The notes under the pieces: model-generated
Seen by the model: only the letters and a program-made list of their open reading frames with translations
Told to the model about the DNA's origin: nothing
Database searches by the model: none
Source: an uncultured virus (IMG/VR IMGVR_UViG_2061766007_000883)
Lineage: Duplodnaviria; Heunggongvirae; Uroviricota; Caudoviricetes
Direction: 5' to 3' (one strand)
IMG/VR virus record: IMGVR_UViG_2061766007_000883
DNA length: 64,000 nt
Made by a program: the position numbers and the translations under genes
Part shown: positions 1 to 10,822 of the stretch, one piece after another
Numbering within the stretch: position 1 is the stretch's first letter
How the letters are laid out: each line of letters starts with the position of its first letter

Positions 1-738
1 CTGAGCAGCCTAGGCTTCAACAGGGCCAAGAAGGATTTCCAAACAGCGCGTGAAAAAAGCAACAAAGAAGAAATGATGCTGCAGGCATCATTGATGGCTA
101 CTTATAAGGAATTTGACAGCGCGACAGTTGATAGATATCTGTCCCAGAACGTGTTCGATGACAACGGCGAGCTTGTGACAAATCCGGAAGAAGCACGCCA
201 TATAAGGCTTGAGCGTCTGCTTGAAGCCCGACGCTCCGGTGCTTCGATAGCGGAGTTGTTCGCCCGTGAATCAGCGGACGCGCAGGTGTTTTCGCTGGAC
301 GACGAAAGAAGCGTAATAGCCAATGACTTGTACAACAAGTTCAGAAGCGGGCAAACAGACCTCGATAAAAGTGGAACCATAGAGAACTACGAGGGCTGGG
401 AGGCTTTCTATGAGGCTGAAAAGAAACGTATAAGCGATACAGAGCATGATGGAACCGAATTGAACGCCTTGGATGCGCTCAATCAAATCATGCAGACGGC
501 GCATCAGGGCATAAAAACAAACCCGCAGACTGGCGACATACTGCAAACGGTGACAGAGACCGCAGAAAAGACAGCCGCCAGCGGCGGTNNNNNNNNNNNN
601 NNNNNNNNNNNNNNNNCTGGCACCCATCATGTCCAAGCAACTGGAAGTTCTAGGTAAATTAAGCGATACGCTGGACAAGCGTGCAACGGACAACAACGAC
701 ACGTTGTACGGACGGCCTGACATGGCGACGCAGGATTG
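1..738 (+). CDS. C-terminal part of a large helical protein, truncated by the window edge (possibly tape-measure-like)
   Basis: Frame is open from the window start. After the N gap (589-616) it reads LAPIMSKQ...MATQD* to TGA at 738. The function is inferred only from its position upstream of baseplate genes. Confidence 0.4.
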
Positions 739-744
739 ACAACA

Positions 745-1239
745 ATGAGTGAGAAAAGCATATTCAAACTTCAGGGCGGCTACAGCAAGGAAACGCTGGG
801 GCCCGGCACTGCGTTCATAACGTTATGGGCGGAAGGCGGCGAGGCTTTGAACAACATGTTGAACACGACTGCGCCGGCCGAGAAGATAACCATAGACGAG
901 AACGTCGACATATTGCTCAACAAGGCGCTCGGCGGCGACTTTTTGGTTGAGACGTTTGGGCACAAGCCTGTTACAATTGTCATAGAAGGCCTGGACTTAT
1001 ACTCGATGGAGTGCGATGACATCCGCAACGGCACGATACAGGATTTCTATGACAAGTGGAACGTGCATGACAACAAAAAGGCACGTGTGCGCATGGGGAT
1101 AGCAAATCCGCTGTCCAGCGGAAAAGCATTCTACTGCGTCATCACAGGACTACGCCGTATGGCCAACAGTACGATAAAGGCAGACGGTGTCGGACGCTAC
1201 ACCATGACGCTAGTAGGCGTAAAGACAGAGGGCGTATGA
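745..1239 (+). CDS. hypothetical protein, tail/baseplate module
   Basis: ORF with ATG at 745, stop overlapping the next start (ATGA). Confidence 0.55.
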   Translation: MSEKSIFKLQGGYSKETLGPGTAFITLWAEGGEALNNMLNTTAPAEKITIDENVDILLNKALGGDFLVETFGHKPVTIVIEGLDLYSMECDDIRNGTIQDFYDKWNVHDNKKARVRMGIANPLSSGKAFYCVITGLRRMANSTIKADGVGRYTMTLVGVKTEGV

Positions 1240-1670
1240 ACAAACTATACGGAATATTGACATACGGCATGACGCAAGCCGACATGACCGGAAACTATTA
1301 CGCCAAGAAGCACTATCCTGTCATGATGACTGACAAGGGGCGCAAGTTGCTGAACATGTTGCTGGCGACGTTGAACACGGCCAACCGTCCAATGCTGGCA
1401 TGCGCCTTGTGCCGTATATCCGTTACATCCATATTCAAGCACGATGTATTGGAACTCGATCCGGAAAACACCTACAACGAAGTGGGACGCCCGCCTACAG
1501 CGACAGCTGATGACGCTGCATACTGCCTGTACAACGTCACGGCTCCACGCGACATGTTGAACCAGTTGCTGGCCCAGCTTGATGCGGACATACGGGAACG
1601 GCTTATAGCGTCACCGTGGTTCGACATCATGGCAGGAGCCTGCCTCCAGCTTCTGAGGTACTGCAAATGA
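1236..1670 (+). CDS. hypothetical protein
   Basis: 144-aa ORF with ATGA overlaps at both ends. Confidence 0.55.
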   Translation: MNKLYGILTYGMTQADMTGNYYAKKHYPVMMTDKGRKLLNMLLATLNTANRPMLACALCRISVTSIFKHDVLELDPENTYNEVGRPPTATADDAAYCLYNVTAPRDMLNQLLAQLDADIRERLIASPWFDIMAGACLQLLRYCK

Positions 1671-3451
1671 CGACGGCTAAAAAGAATGTCAACATAGTGG
1701 CTGGGGGNNNNNNNNNNNNNNNNNNNNGTGACGACAAGACCTACAAGTTCCCGTGCGCCGCCGTTGACTACACGATGGCCCAGAACAGCATGCCATCGCT
1801 TACGGCATATGTCGGCACAGGCATGCCGCTTGTCGGCAAGCCTGAGGATTACACGACACCTGAAATCGTCATGCAGTGGCTGACAGACTCGAAATATGAA
1901 GATACCCTGGTCAACGGCATGATTCCATGCACATTCTGGGAAGAGGCATGCGACGGCGGTTTCCCATGCGACTGGCAGATATTCAAAGGGTACGTGGCAT
2001 CCGGAAGTCCTGTGTATACGTCGAAGCCGAACGGCTCGGCCACCCAGATTATGTTCCAATGCCTTGGCCTGGCGGCGTCCCTGGTCACTTCCCCTGGGTG
2101 CGCCTACATAGAGTCGTATCAAGGCGTGGAGATTGAAAAGCGCCGCAGCGGCGTCGACATAAGTCTGCAGAAAGCACTTGAAACAGGAGGTAACTTCGAG
2201 ATGAAGAAATGGGACCCGGCAACACTCGTCCAGAGGTTTGGCTTGAAACTCAACAAGGCACCTGTTGTGAAACGTGTCGGGATACTGGTGGCGATGGCCT
2301 GTCTTGCCGCATCATGGATACACCTGAAAGATTTCAACACGGGGCCTGATGAACGTGTCATGGAAGCCTTCGGCGGGGACACGACATTGGACATGTCACA
2401 ATTCGGTGTGCATTGCGACTTCGAGTACAACCGGCATTTTCTGTCCGCTCTTATGGCAAACATGTCCAGTAGTACGTTGTACGACTGCATCATAGGCATT
2501 CTGACGTCCGACATGTTTGTGCTCGAAGCCGATCCACGTTGGTGGTGCGATACAAAGATGCCTGAGGACATATCGGCCGGCGGATTATCCGAGGCGTCTA
2601 CGCCTGACTTCAAGATGGATATCCTGCCGTCGGCGGTGTGGCGTGCGCGGAAGAAAGTCGAGCTTGGGTCGGATGACATTATCGCGTTCCGCTCCACACG
2701 CAACGCGTTGGCCAGATTGAACACACCTGATACAATTCTGCTGCAGTTCAATGGCGCCAACAGCTGGTTGCTGGACGATTCCAGGACAAACGCCGTTAAT
2801 GTCATGGGCATAGCAACAAAGAACTCAGTGTTGAGCAACACAACGATAGACGGTGCGCTGCTGGCCAAGCCAGCCACGTGGTCGAAACCAAACAAAGACT
2901 TCATTGCCTGCAAGGTGCGCCAGGTTACGGCTCCGTCATGGATGTCGATGGTAGTGGCCAACAAGAACGTTCGTACGTCTACACCGAGAAACACGGATGA
3001 AGGACTTAAAGTGGAGCGCACGCCTGCCACGACGGACAAGGAACTGAAACCAGACCAGCAACCAGACCTGAAGCGGCCTGAGAAGTACAACGAGGATACT
3101 GTGACCACGGCATACGACGCAGCCAACATGATGGCCCGCGCCATATTCCTGCAGCATTACCTTGAGAACGACACGGCGGCGGTCGATGTGCTGCCGAACA
3201 TGCGCTTCGGTTTGCGGAAAGGCGTCTGCTTTGAGAACAGCATAGGCGACACCGTCGAGGTGACATTGCCGACAGGTACAGGAGAGGACATGAAAATAAA
3301 ATGCATCCTGCACGGTGTCACGTACAAATACTCGACTGGCATGTCGTCCAGCATCAGCTACACGCTGCTGTTGTCACGTGTGCGCCCTGCGAATATAGAG
3401 GAACCCAAAATGGCTTGCCCGATATACAAGACAGGAAGAGACGATGGATAA
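1667..3451 (+). CDS. putative tail/baseplate hub-like protein
   Basis: ~594-aa ORF with a short N gap near the start. Function inferred from size and position before the baseplate wedge genes. Confidence 0.45.
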   Translation: MTTAKKNVNIVAGXXXXXXXXDDKTYKFPCAAVDYTMAQNSMPSLTAYVGTGMPLVGKPEDYTTPEIVMQWLTDSKYEDTLVNGMIPCTFWEEACDGGFPCDWQIFKGYVASGSPVYTSKPNGSATQIMFQCLGLAASLVTSPGCAYIESYQGVEIEKRRSGVDISLQKALETGGNFEMKKWDPATLVQRFGLKLNKAPVVKRVGILVAMACLAASWIHLKDFNTGPDERVMEAFGGDTTLDMSQFGVHCDFEYNRHFLSALMANMSSSTLYDCIIGILTSDMFVLEADPRWWCDTKMPEDISAGGLSEASTPDFKMDILPSAVWRARKKVELGSDDIIAFRSTRNALARLNTPDTILLQFNGANSWLLDDSRTNAVNVMGIATKNSVLSNTTIDGALLAKPATWSKPNKDFIACKVRQVTAPSWMSMVVANKNVRTSTPRNTDEGLKVERTPATTDKELKPDQQPDLKRPEKYNEDTVTTAYDAANMMARAIFLQHYLENDTAAVDVLPNMRFGLRKGVCFENSIGDTVEVTLPTGTGEDMKIKCILHGVTYKYSTGMSSSISYTLLLSRVRPANIEEPKMACPIYKTGRDDG

Positions 3452-4265
3452 CATATTCGATACGCTAGTGAACAACGCGCCAAAGCCGAAGCCTGAGGAT
3501 GTCCAGCGTCTGCAGGAACTCGAAGGCATGAAGCAACCCGTGGACGTGAACAGGCCTTTGGCTGACATGAGTACCAAGGACATCATACGAGCCTGGCAGC
3601 AGGACCAGCAGCGCATGGACTATACGACAGAGCTGCTGAAACGCATGCAGCCGACCATCCGCTCGGCCATGACCAGCTACGCCCCCGGCTTGGACAGCCA
3701 GCTCGGTGTTAAGGCGGCGCATCTGACGCTGGATGCGTTACGCAGTTTCGACCCGACGAAAGGCGCCGAGCCGTCCACGTTTGTGTTCCACAATCTGAAA
3801 CGCTTGTCGCGCTACGGCGCCAAGGCCTCCAGCATCATTCCCCAGCCTGAGGGTTTCGCGCTGGAACAGCGAAAGGTACGCGAGGCCATTGATCGTTTCA
3901 CGGACGACCGTGGACGTGAGCCTTCTATGGTTGAACTGGCGGACTACACGGGGCTGAGCGTACGCAGACTGCGCAAGCTGCTGGACGCGAACACGGTCGT
4001 CAACGAATCATCCACGTTGACGGACGACAGCGGGAAAGACACGATGACGCAGTCAGGGCTGACGGACAATGACTACTTCGAGTATGTGTACGCGTCTGTC
4101 AGTCCAATCGACCAGAAAATCATGGAATGGACATCCGGTCTGCATGGTGTCAAACCTCTGTCAAACAACGATATAGCCAAGAAGTTGCGTATAAGCCCTG
4201 CGGCGGTAAGCCAGCGTAAAGGCAAGATACAGCAGATGCTCTCGGACGTTAGGAGTCTAGTATGA
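3444..4265 (+). CDS. phage sigma-70-family RNA polymerase sigma factor
   Basis: Region 2-like DALRSFDPTKGAEPSTFVFHNL, region 3-like GREPSMVELADYTGLS, and region 4 HTH SNNDIAKKLRISPAAVSQRK. Confidence 0.8.
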   Translation: MDNIFDTLVNNAPKPKPEDVQRLQELEGMKQPVDVNRPLADMSTKDIIRAWQQDQQRMDYTTELLKRMQPTIRSAMTSYAPGLDSQLGVKAAHLTLDALRSFDPTKGAEPSTFVFHNLKRLSRYGAKASSIIPQPEGFALEQRKVREAIDRFTDDRGREPSMVELADYTGLSVRRLRKLLDANTVVNESSTLTDDSGKDTMTQSGLTDNDYFEYVYASVSPIDQKIMEWTSGLHGVKPLSNNDIAKKLRISPAAVSQRKGKIQQMLSDVRSLV

Positions 4266-4627
4266 TTGTCGACAATCTGATAGAGCAGGCCGCCATCAAC
4301 GAGATGGCGGCAATCGAGAGCATTCTGACACCGTGCATCAAAGGCACGGATCACGTGCCGTACATACCGACCTACACGGAACGCGACCTCGACAGGGCGG
4401 ACGCGGATGACACGCTTCGGGTGCTCATAGATACGCTAGACCTGGACACAGCCGGAACGGACGGCCTGGCCGCCCTGATGGCGTTCAACCAGGAGGAGCA
4501 GCGTATACGGCGTGATGTCAAAATCATGCAGATGGGGCACAAGCGACTGATGCTTGGATGTCTTGAGACGCTGTACAGACGGAAGCTGAAACTTACCAAG
4601 AATCTCGAAAAGAACCATGGCGAATGA
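4262..4627 (+). CDS. hypothetical protein
   Basis: 121-aa ORF overlapping both neighbours. Confidence 0.55.
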   Translation: MIVDNLIEQAAINEMAAIESILTPCIKGTDHVPYIPTYTERDLDRADADDTLRVLIDTLDLDTAGTDGLAALMAFNQEEQRIRRDVKIMQMGHKRLMLGCLETLYRRKLKLTKNLEKNHGE

Positions 4628-4991
4628 TATCCAGATTATAACGGACAAGGAGGGCGAGGTCAAATTCGACGTGCGCGGTTCGTCGGAGGACACGGGGCTC
4701 ATGCTGTTGCAGCGCCTTTATGTCCTGCTGATGTCCGACCAGGACAGCTCGTACAGACCAGCCAACGCATCGTATTCCCTGCTCGCGTTCCTGGACGGCG
4801 CCAATTTCCCCGGAGACGGGGCGATGAACGCCATACTTGCCATTTGCTGCTCGAACGCCGTGTCCATGCTGGATACCGCAGACCGTGCCAGGATTACGTC
4901 ATTCAATGGCCAGTGCGTGGACGGGTTGATGACCTGCACGTTGAAGCTGACCGACGGAACCACCATAAAGGGAGCATTGACCAATGCCTGA
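4617..4991 (+). CDS. possible gp25/gp46-like baseplate wedge protein
   Basis: 124 aa, immediately upstream of the baseplate J-like gene. Call rests on size and synteny only. Confidence 0.4.
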   Translation: MANDIQIITDKEGEVKFDVRGSSEDTGLMLLQRLYVLLMSDQDSSYRPANASYSLLAFLDGANFPGDGAMNAILAICCSNAVSMLDTADRARITSFNGQCVDGLMTCTLKLTDGTTIKGALTNA

Positions 4992-6525
4992 CTATATTGA
5001 ACCAACCGCTTCTGACTTCAGTTCGTCCGAGCAAGTCATGCTCGACGTATTGTCATCGACGTATCCGAACACGCAGACAAAAGCTGGCTCGACGCTTCGT
5101 GAACTGCTTGTACGACCGCTGGCGTACATCTACGCGTGGTGCGTGGCCAATCTGACGCGTACCCGGTCGGAGTCAACGGTCGCCTACCTGCAGACTTCCC
5201 AGCTGACGGAGAATCCTGTGGCGGACGCCATTGCGTCCAACTACTTTGTGACACGCAGGCAAGGTACAAGGGCTAAAGGGGTGCTGACATTCACGCTCAG
5301 CGTTCCGACCATGCAGGTGGAGGCCAACTCGCAGGTGACGGTAGGCGGAGTAGCCATGATGGTCGAGCACCGTACCATCGCCATGCAGGGAGTAGACCAA
5401 GGGCTCGTTGGAGACACGCTGTATGTTCCCATGGTGCGCGTCGGCACGCAGTACATGGCAAATGTCCCTGTTGTCGCGCAGGCCACAGGCCGTTCCGAGA
5501 TTGACCCCGGTGCCACGGTTGTCATAAACTTCGCCCAGACAGGACTTGTCGACGCCCAGCTTACATCGCCTGTGTCGGGCGGCTCGGATACTGAAACCGA
5601 TGCTGAGATGATGAGACGCTGTCGTTTGAACACAGCCGACGCAGGCGTTGGCTCGTATTACGGCCTTAGGAAGAAACTGTCGGATGCGCCTGTATCCGTG
5701 CTTGGGCTCAAGCCTGTTGCCGGCGAAGATGTACCAATATACCGGGCTCGCTACAACAGCGCCAACGTGAACCCTGGCGGGTTCGTTGACTGCTATGTCA
5801 AGACGCAGACACAATACGCTGTCGGCAACATTCACACACAAGCCGCGTACGATAGTGTCACTGGCCATCTTGTGGTTGTTCTGAACAATGCGGACTATGC
5901 TGGAGCATACGGCATCCTGTCTCTTGTCGTGGACGGCGTTGTACGGACAGACTACACAGTCACATTCGGCACCACGGACGCCTATACGACGCCTGATGGA
6001 GCCAGACTGGGGCCGACACAGACACTTGAAGTTGAATTCACCGGGTCAGGCTTATCCGCTGACGTCGACGCGCAGGTCATGTACATGCCAGGCATAGACG
6101 CCTTGCAGCGCTACATGAACAGGGACGACAACCGCTTCATCGGGCAGGACGTTGAAATCAAGGCCGCTGTGCCGGTCATCCTGCACATAGACTGCGTTGT
6201 CCATTCGGACGATACGTTGTCGGACGACGACATGACGCTACTGAAAGACACCATCGCGGACGTTGTGAACAGCCAGGAAGTGGGGACAAGGACGTTGAAT
6301 TTCTCCGACATGGTGAAAGCCTGCCGCGCCGCCTTGCCGAAAGCCGAACTACGACTGCCATGCACAATATCGGCCGAAATGCCGTTGCGAAACGGCGGCT
6401 TCGACGCATGGTATGTTAGCACAGGCATCCTCGACATAGGAGCGCCTGTCAACCCCGAATACTGGAATCCGGAAGTCTGCTTCTTCAGCGTCATCCCGGG
6501 CAACATTAGAATCGAGACCGTATGA
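4984..6525 (+). CDS. baseplate J-like (gp6/gp47-type) wedge protein
   Basis: GSTLRELLVRP, NYFVTRRQGTRAKG and GGSDTETDAEMMRRC resemble baseplate J family motifs. Confidence 0.75.
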   Translation: MPDYIEPTASDFSSSEQVMLDVLSSTYPNTQTKAGSTLRELLVRPLAYIYAWCVANLTRTRSESTVAYLQTSQLTENPVADAIASNYFVTRRQGTRAKGVLTFTLSVPTMQVEANSQVTVGGVAMMVEHRTIAMQGVDQGLVGDTLYVPMVRVGTQYMANVPVVAQATGRSEIDPGATVVINFAQTGLVDAQLTSPVSGGSDTETDAEMMRRCRLNTADAGVGSYYGLRKKLSDAPVSVLGLKPVAGEDVPIYRARYNSANVNPGGFVDCYVKTQTQYAVGNIHTQAAYDSVTGHLVVVLNNADYAGAYGILSLVVDGVVRTDYTVTFGTTDAYTTPDGARLGPTQTLEVEFTGSGLSADVDAQVMYMPGIDALQRYMNRDDNRFIGQDVEIKAAVPVILHIDCVVHSDDTLSDDDMTLLKDTIADVVNSQEVGTRTLNFSDMVKACRAALPKAELRLPCTISAEMPLRNGGFDAWYVSTGILDIGAPVNPEYWNPEVCFFSVIPGNIRIETV

Positions 6526-7708
6526 ATTGGTTTTCAAACATACAAAAACTTCTAGGACGTTTCTGGACAAGTCTGTTCTCAGGCGTGGCGTTCATACGCG
6601 GCGTGGAGCAGATGCACACGCTGGCGGGNNNNNNNNNNNNNNNNNNNNNNNNNNNNNNNNNNNNNNNNNNNNNNNNCGAGGTCCGTCGGCATGTTCAACC
6701 AGATGCCGTTCGTCGTCTATATACCAACCGACTCCGTAGGGCATCCTGCCAGGGACATCGGGGATGTACTGAACGGCGAATGCGACCTTGGCGACGAGGA
6801 TGCCCACGGCGGATGGATGACGGACGTCCTATATCCTATACCGGAACCTGTATACCTGTCAGACCATGTGCTGGATTTCACGAAGACGCTCATGAAAGGC
6901 TTTGACTACGAGTGGCAGAACGGAAAATTCCTGTTCCATGTCGATCCAGCCACGCTGGGATTCATGACTGTGGCTCTGACGGACGCGGACGGGGTACTGC
7001 GTACATACTACAAGCTGTTTGGCTGGACAGCCGCGCTCGAAGCCACGCATGACATGGTGACATCGTTCTACGACCAGAAGCTGGACAATCTGTCTGCGTT
7101 CGTGTGGGACATGCACCAGCGTGGAGCCACGCGATACAGCGTCAAGCAGATTCTCGCAGGCGTGTCAGGCTCCGTCATCTGCCGGGAGGACGGCGCCATA
7201 GACCACATGTGGACGGAGCAGGGCTATAACTGCATGCTGGTAGGCGACAAAGTTTACAGCGCTCCTGTATCGACACCCATAGGATTCCTGCCTGGCTCAG
7301 GACGTGCTTTCGCGCATGGTGACAGCGTATCGAAAGGCGACATCCTGTTCGGTGGCCTGCGTATGTATGACGGAAACTCGGAGCCATCGGCCGCTGAGAT
7401 TGCGGGCGTGCATGTCATGACGGACGCAGGCGAACTGTTCGCGCCGAACGCCGACGAGACACCTTACAGCCAGGACGGCGTGCTCATTCTTCCATTGGAC
7501 GGCGACACGGCGCGTGAGAACGCCTACAAGGCACGGTGTGTCGAGCTTACGTTGTCCGGCCTGTGCCCGCAAGTGGACATACCGGCGAACACGACCGTGA
7601 ATCCGTATCTGTTCATCACGAACGGCATGCGTAGACGTAACGCCATCGTAGCGGTCATGCCGGTCAATGACGCAGGCAAAGTGGCGGCCGCCACGCACGC
7701 CATACGGG
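6522..7708 (+). CDS. putative baseplate/structural protein (interrupted by N gaps, end uncertain)
   Basis: MNWFSN... joins the 6691 frame across the gap at 6629-6676. The 3' end falls in the gap at 7710-7845. Confidence 0.5.
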
Positions 7709-7849
7709 ANNNNNNNNNNNNNNNNNNNNNNNNNNNNNNNNNNNNNNNNNNNNNNNNNNNNNNNNNNNNNNNNNNNNNNNNNNNNNNNNNNNNNNNNNNN
7801 NNNNNNNNNNNNNNNNNNNNNNNNNNNNNNNNNNNNNNNNNNNNNTACC

Positions 7850-8269
7850 ATGAACTATTACATGCAGAAGGACGGCAGACGCGTGCTGGCGGAGTTGCTC
7901 GCGGGCGGTTCCGGCAAAATAAGCGGTATGTACGTCGAGTACGGGCCGCATGCGGTGGACGCCGGTCCTCGGACGCTTGAAGGCTTCGAGGCATTGCCGA
8001 AAGACGGCACGGCAGGATATGCGCGTTTGCCCGTCAGTGTCGTCTACGTGGACGACAACATGGGAATACATTTCGACGCCCTTGTGCGGGTCGACGATTT
8101 CGACCCTGTGCCTGACAAGACTGTCGAGCTTGGATGCGCGACATTGGCCGTACTGGCTAAAGACAGGTCGGAGGACAAGCTCGTATGTACAGTGGCGTTC
8201 AACAAGCCTGTCCCGCTTGTACCTGGCACGTACGTGACTGTCCGAACAATACTGAATCTTGGAGTCTAG
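7850..8269 (+). CDS. hypothetical structural-module protein (start may lie in the gap)
   Basis: MNYYMQKDG...ILNLGV ORF. Confidence 0.5.
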   Translation: MNYYMQKDGRRVLAELLAGGSGKISGMYVEYGPHAVDAGPRTLEGFEALPKDGTAGYARLPVSVVYVDDNMGIHFDALVRVDDFDPVPDKTVELGCATLAVLAKDRSEDKLVCTVAFNKPVPLVPGTYVTVRTILNLGV

Positions 8270-8270
8270 C

Positions 8271-9823
8271 ATGACAACATACAACGAATTCTCGCTACCA
8301 CGCGTTTCAGCAGGTGTCTCAGGGCAAGCTGCCGTCAATATGTTCAACGCCCCGATAGCCGCCGCTGAAAATGCATTGAACACGTTGGCGGCAAGACTGG
8401 CTGGCATGTCGAACAAGAGCGCCATCGTCCGCAAGAACGTACCCATGTCGTCCGCCGTGTACGTAGGAGCCCTTGTCTACTTCAATGCCGATCCTGCCGC
8501 AATGCGCTGCGAGCCAGCGTTAGCCAAGCTGGCTGGCACACCTGGCGCGCAAGGCCAGTCCGTCGAGGAGCCTTGTTCCCGCGTCATCGGCCTTGTGTTG
8601 TCCATCGACTCGCAGCCTGACGGCGCAGACAATGTCGTCGGCACGTTGCTTGAAGGCGGCTACTGGGAAGACGTCAACGTTGTTTCAGGCTGTCTCGGCG
8701 CCAATCCTACACCCGGAACGTACTATTTGTCGCCTGCCACGGCCGGAGCCGCGACGAACGACCCAGGCAGCCATCTGCGCCAGCCTATTCTGACGTACCA
8801 TGGAAGCAACAGAATCACGCTTGGTTTGTTCTATATGGCGCACGACAACCATTTCCACGGGTCATGCGTCCTCACAGGCACATGGAACGACGCCGCCAAT
8901 ACGCCAGACGACCTGGAAGCGCCTTCTGGAGCCGTGTGGTGGTACGATCCGTCGACGGACGCAAACATGGTCGACATCGGAGAACTATCTCCTGAAACAA
9001 CGGCCGTGTTCGAGGAAGGCATCCTGCAGGGGCCGGCGTCTGACTACGTCGTATATGGAGGATATCTGTGGTGCAAGTCGGCATCCGCTCCTGAATCCGG
9101 CACTGTGACGCTTTTCAACCACTACCCGTTCGCGTACGGCAGCCCTGTCGTGCGGAGCGTGGAGTCCACCAACGACGCCTTGACAATCCGTATGGCGAAC
9201 GGCATCGTGTTCATCACCCAACACGACTTCACGCAAAGCCAAGGGCAGAACAGCCCGCAGGCCGTTGCCAATATTGTCGGCAAGCAAATGACCATGACAC
9301 CTGTCGTGCCTGAAATCATCCAGGGCCCAGGCGTGAACATCACACGACGCAACGACGGGGCATGCATCCTGTCAAGCGCCCTGCAGGTGGATACCCCGAT
9401 AGACGCGTACAGCGTTAACTACAACGGAGCCAACCTGTCCAGCGACGGCACGTTCCTCTACTTCACATTCCCGAAAGGACGCGCAAGTTCGGTCGTCATG
9501 TCGATGCCTGTCGCAGGCATTCCTTCAGACCTGAACATGAAGGCGTTCGCATGGGGATGCGCCTCAGGCACGGGTGCCGTGTTCTCGGTGAATGCCTACT
9601 GGCTGCCGCTGCCTTTGGCNNNNNNNNNNNNNNNNNNNTATCGCTGGGGAATCTCAGTCTCACAGGCTCTGCCGGTAATCTCACATACGGGGAGACGGCC
9701 ACAGCCATTCCGTTCACGGGAAATGGCCAGCTGGTTGCAGAAGTCGCCGTAAGCGGGGTGCCTGCCGACGATGTCCGCCTGACCCGCATAGGCTTCAAAC
9801 TTGAAATCAACACTGGAGACTGA
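8271..9823 (+). CDS. putative tail-associated structural protein (spans N gap)
   Basis: MTTYNEF... continues after the gap at 9620-9638 as SLGNLSLTG...EINTGD*. Confidence 0.55.
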
Positions 9824-9825
9824 CA

Positions 9826-10821
9826 ATGTCGGTAAACGCACTGGAATGGCTTGATGGGAACATGCACCGCAACTACCCGATTGCGGACGACTGCAGCTGC
9901 ATGTCCAACGGCGGAATCATACTGCCGTCGTCGTTCCTTGTCGACATCGACATAAACGTTCCAGTCCTTCCGGAGAACGACGCGGAGGACAGGTTTTTCA
10001 TATCGGCGTTGTCCCGCACAGGCTCGGAATTCCGTATCGAGTTGTCCTATCACGCCGCCAGCGAAGACCTTGTATGCGGCCTGACAGGCCCTATAAGCCT
10101 GGATATACGGAACACGGCAAGCGTGGAAGACCGTACAGTGGCCATCAATCCGTACGGTGAACTTCCAGCCACCCATTCCGAGCTGTCGAACATATCTGGC
10201 AACGTCATCATCGGCACCTGCCTTGACATGCAGGACATCGGAGCACTGACGTTTCCTTGGGCGGCCAACAGCACGAGAGCCACCAACATCCTCAGCGTGC
10301 GTGTTCATGTGACTGACTTCGGCCTGCACCATATCAAGGCAGACGACAGCTACGGCGGTGTGACCACGTTCACGAACGACTTTGTCATCAAGGCAGGACC
10401 GGGCATAAAGTTCACGACAACGGACGACGGTGCCGGCAATGTCAGCCTGGTGGTGGAACGCATCGCGACGGTGGAAGGCGGTTCAAGTCAGCCACAGTCC
10501 GTCGAGGATGTCGTGAACGCCGTTCTGTCCATGATAGGAACCCCGATAAGGCGTATAAACGGCATAGCTCCAGACGAGAACGGCACGTTCACAATAGGTG
10601 GCGGAGACTGTACGAAAGTGGAACCAGCGAGCAACGGGGTATCCATACATAACCCGTGCTCTACGCCATGCTGCTCGGATGCGACTCCGTCGGACGTGCA
10701 GACCGCCATGACTGTCCTGAAAGAAGCGGAAGCGCGTCTGCTTGAATACTACACAAGCCTGGCGACCAACGTGAATGACATGCAGTCGCGGCTGGCCGCA
10801 CTGATAGCTGCCGGGAGATGA
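9826..10821 (+). CDS. putative tail fibre/baseplate-associated protein
   Basis: N-terminal NMHRNYP, a RINGIAPDENGTFTI motif, and a Cys-rich segment followed by a predicted coiled-coil C-terminus. Confidence 0.55.
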   Translation: MSVNALEWLDGNMHRNYPIADDCSCMSNGGIILPSSFLVDIDINVPVLPENDAEDRFFISALSRTGSEFRIELSYHAASEDLVCGLTGPISLDIRNTASVEDRTVAINPYGELPATHSELSNISGNVIIGTCLDMQDIGALTFPWAANSTRATNILSVRVHVTDFGLHHIKADDSYGGVTTFTNDFVIKAGPGIKFTTTDDGAGNVSLVVERIATVEGGSSQPQSVEDVVNAVLSMIGTPIRRINGIAPDENGTFTIGGGDCTKVEPASNGVSIHNPCSTPCCSDATPSDVQTAMTVLKEAEARLLEYYTSLATNVNDMQSRLAALIAAGR

Positions 10822-10822
10822 C

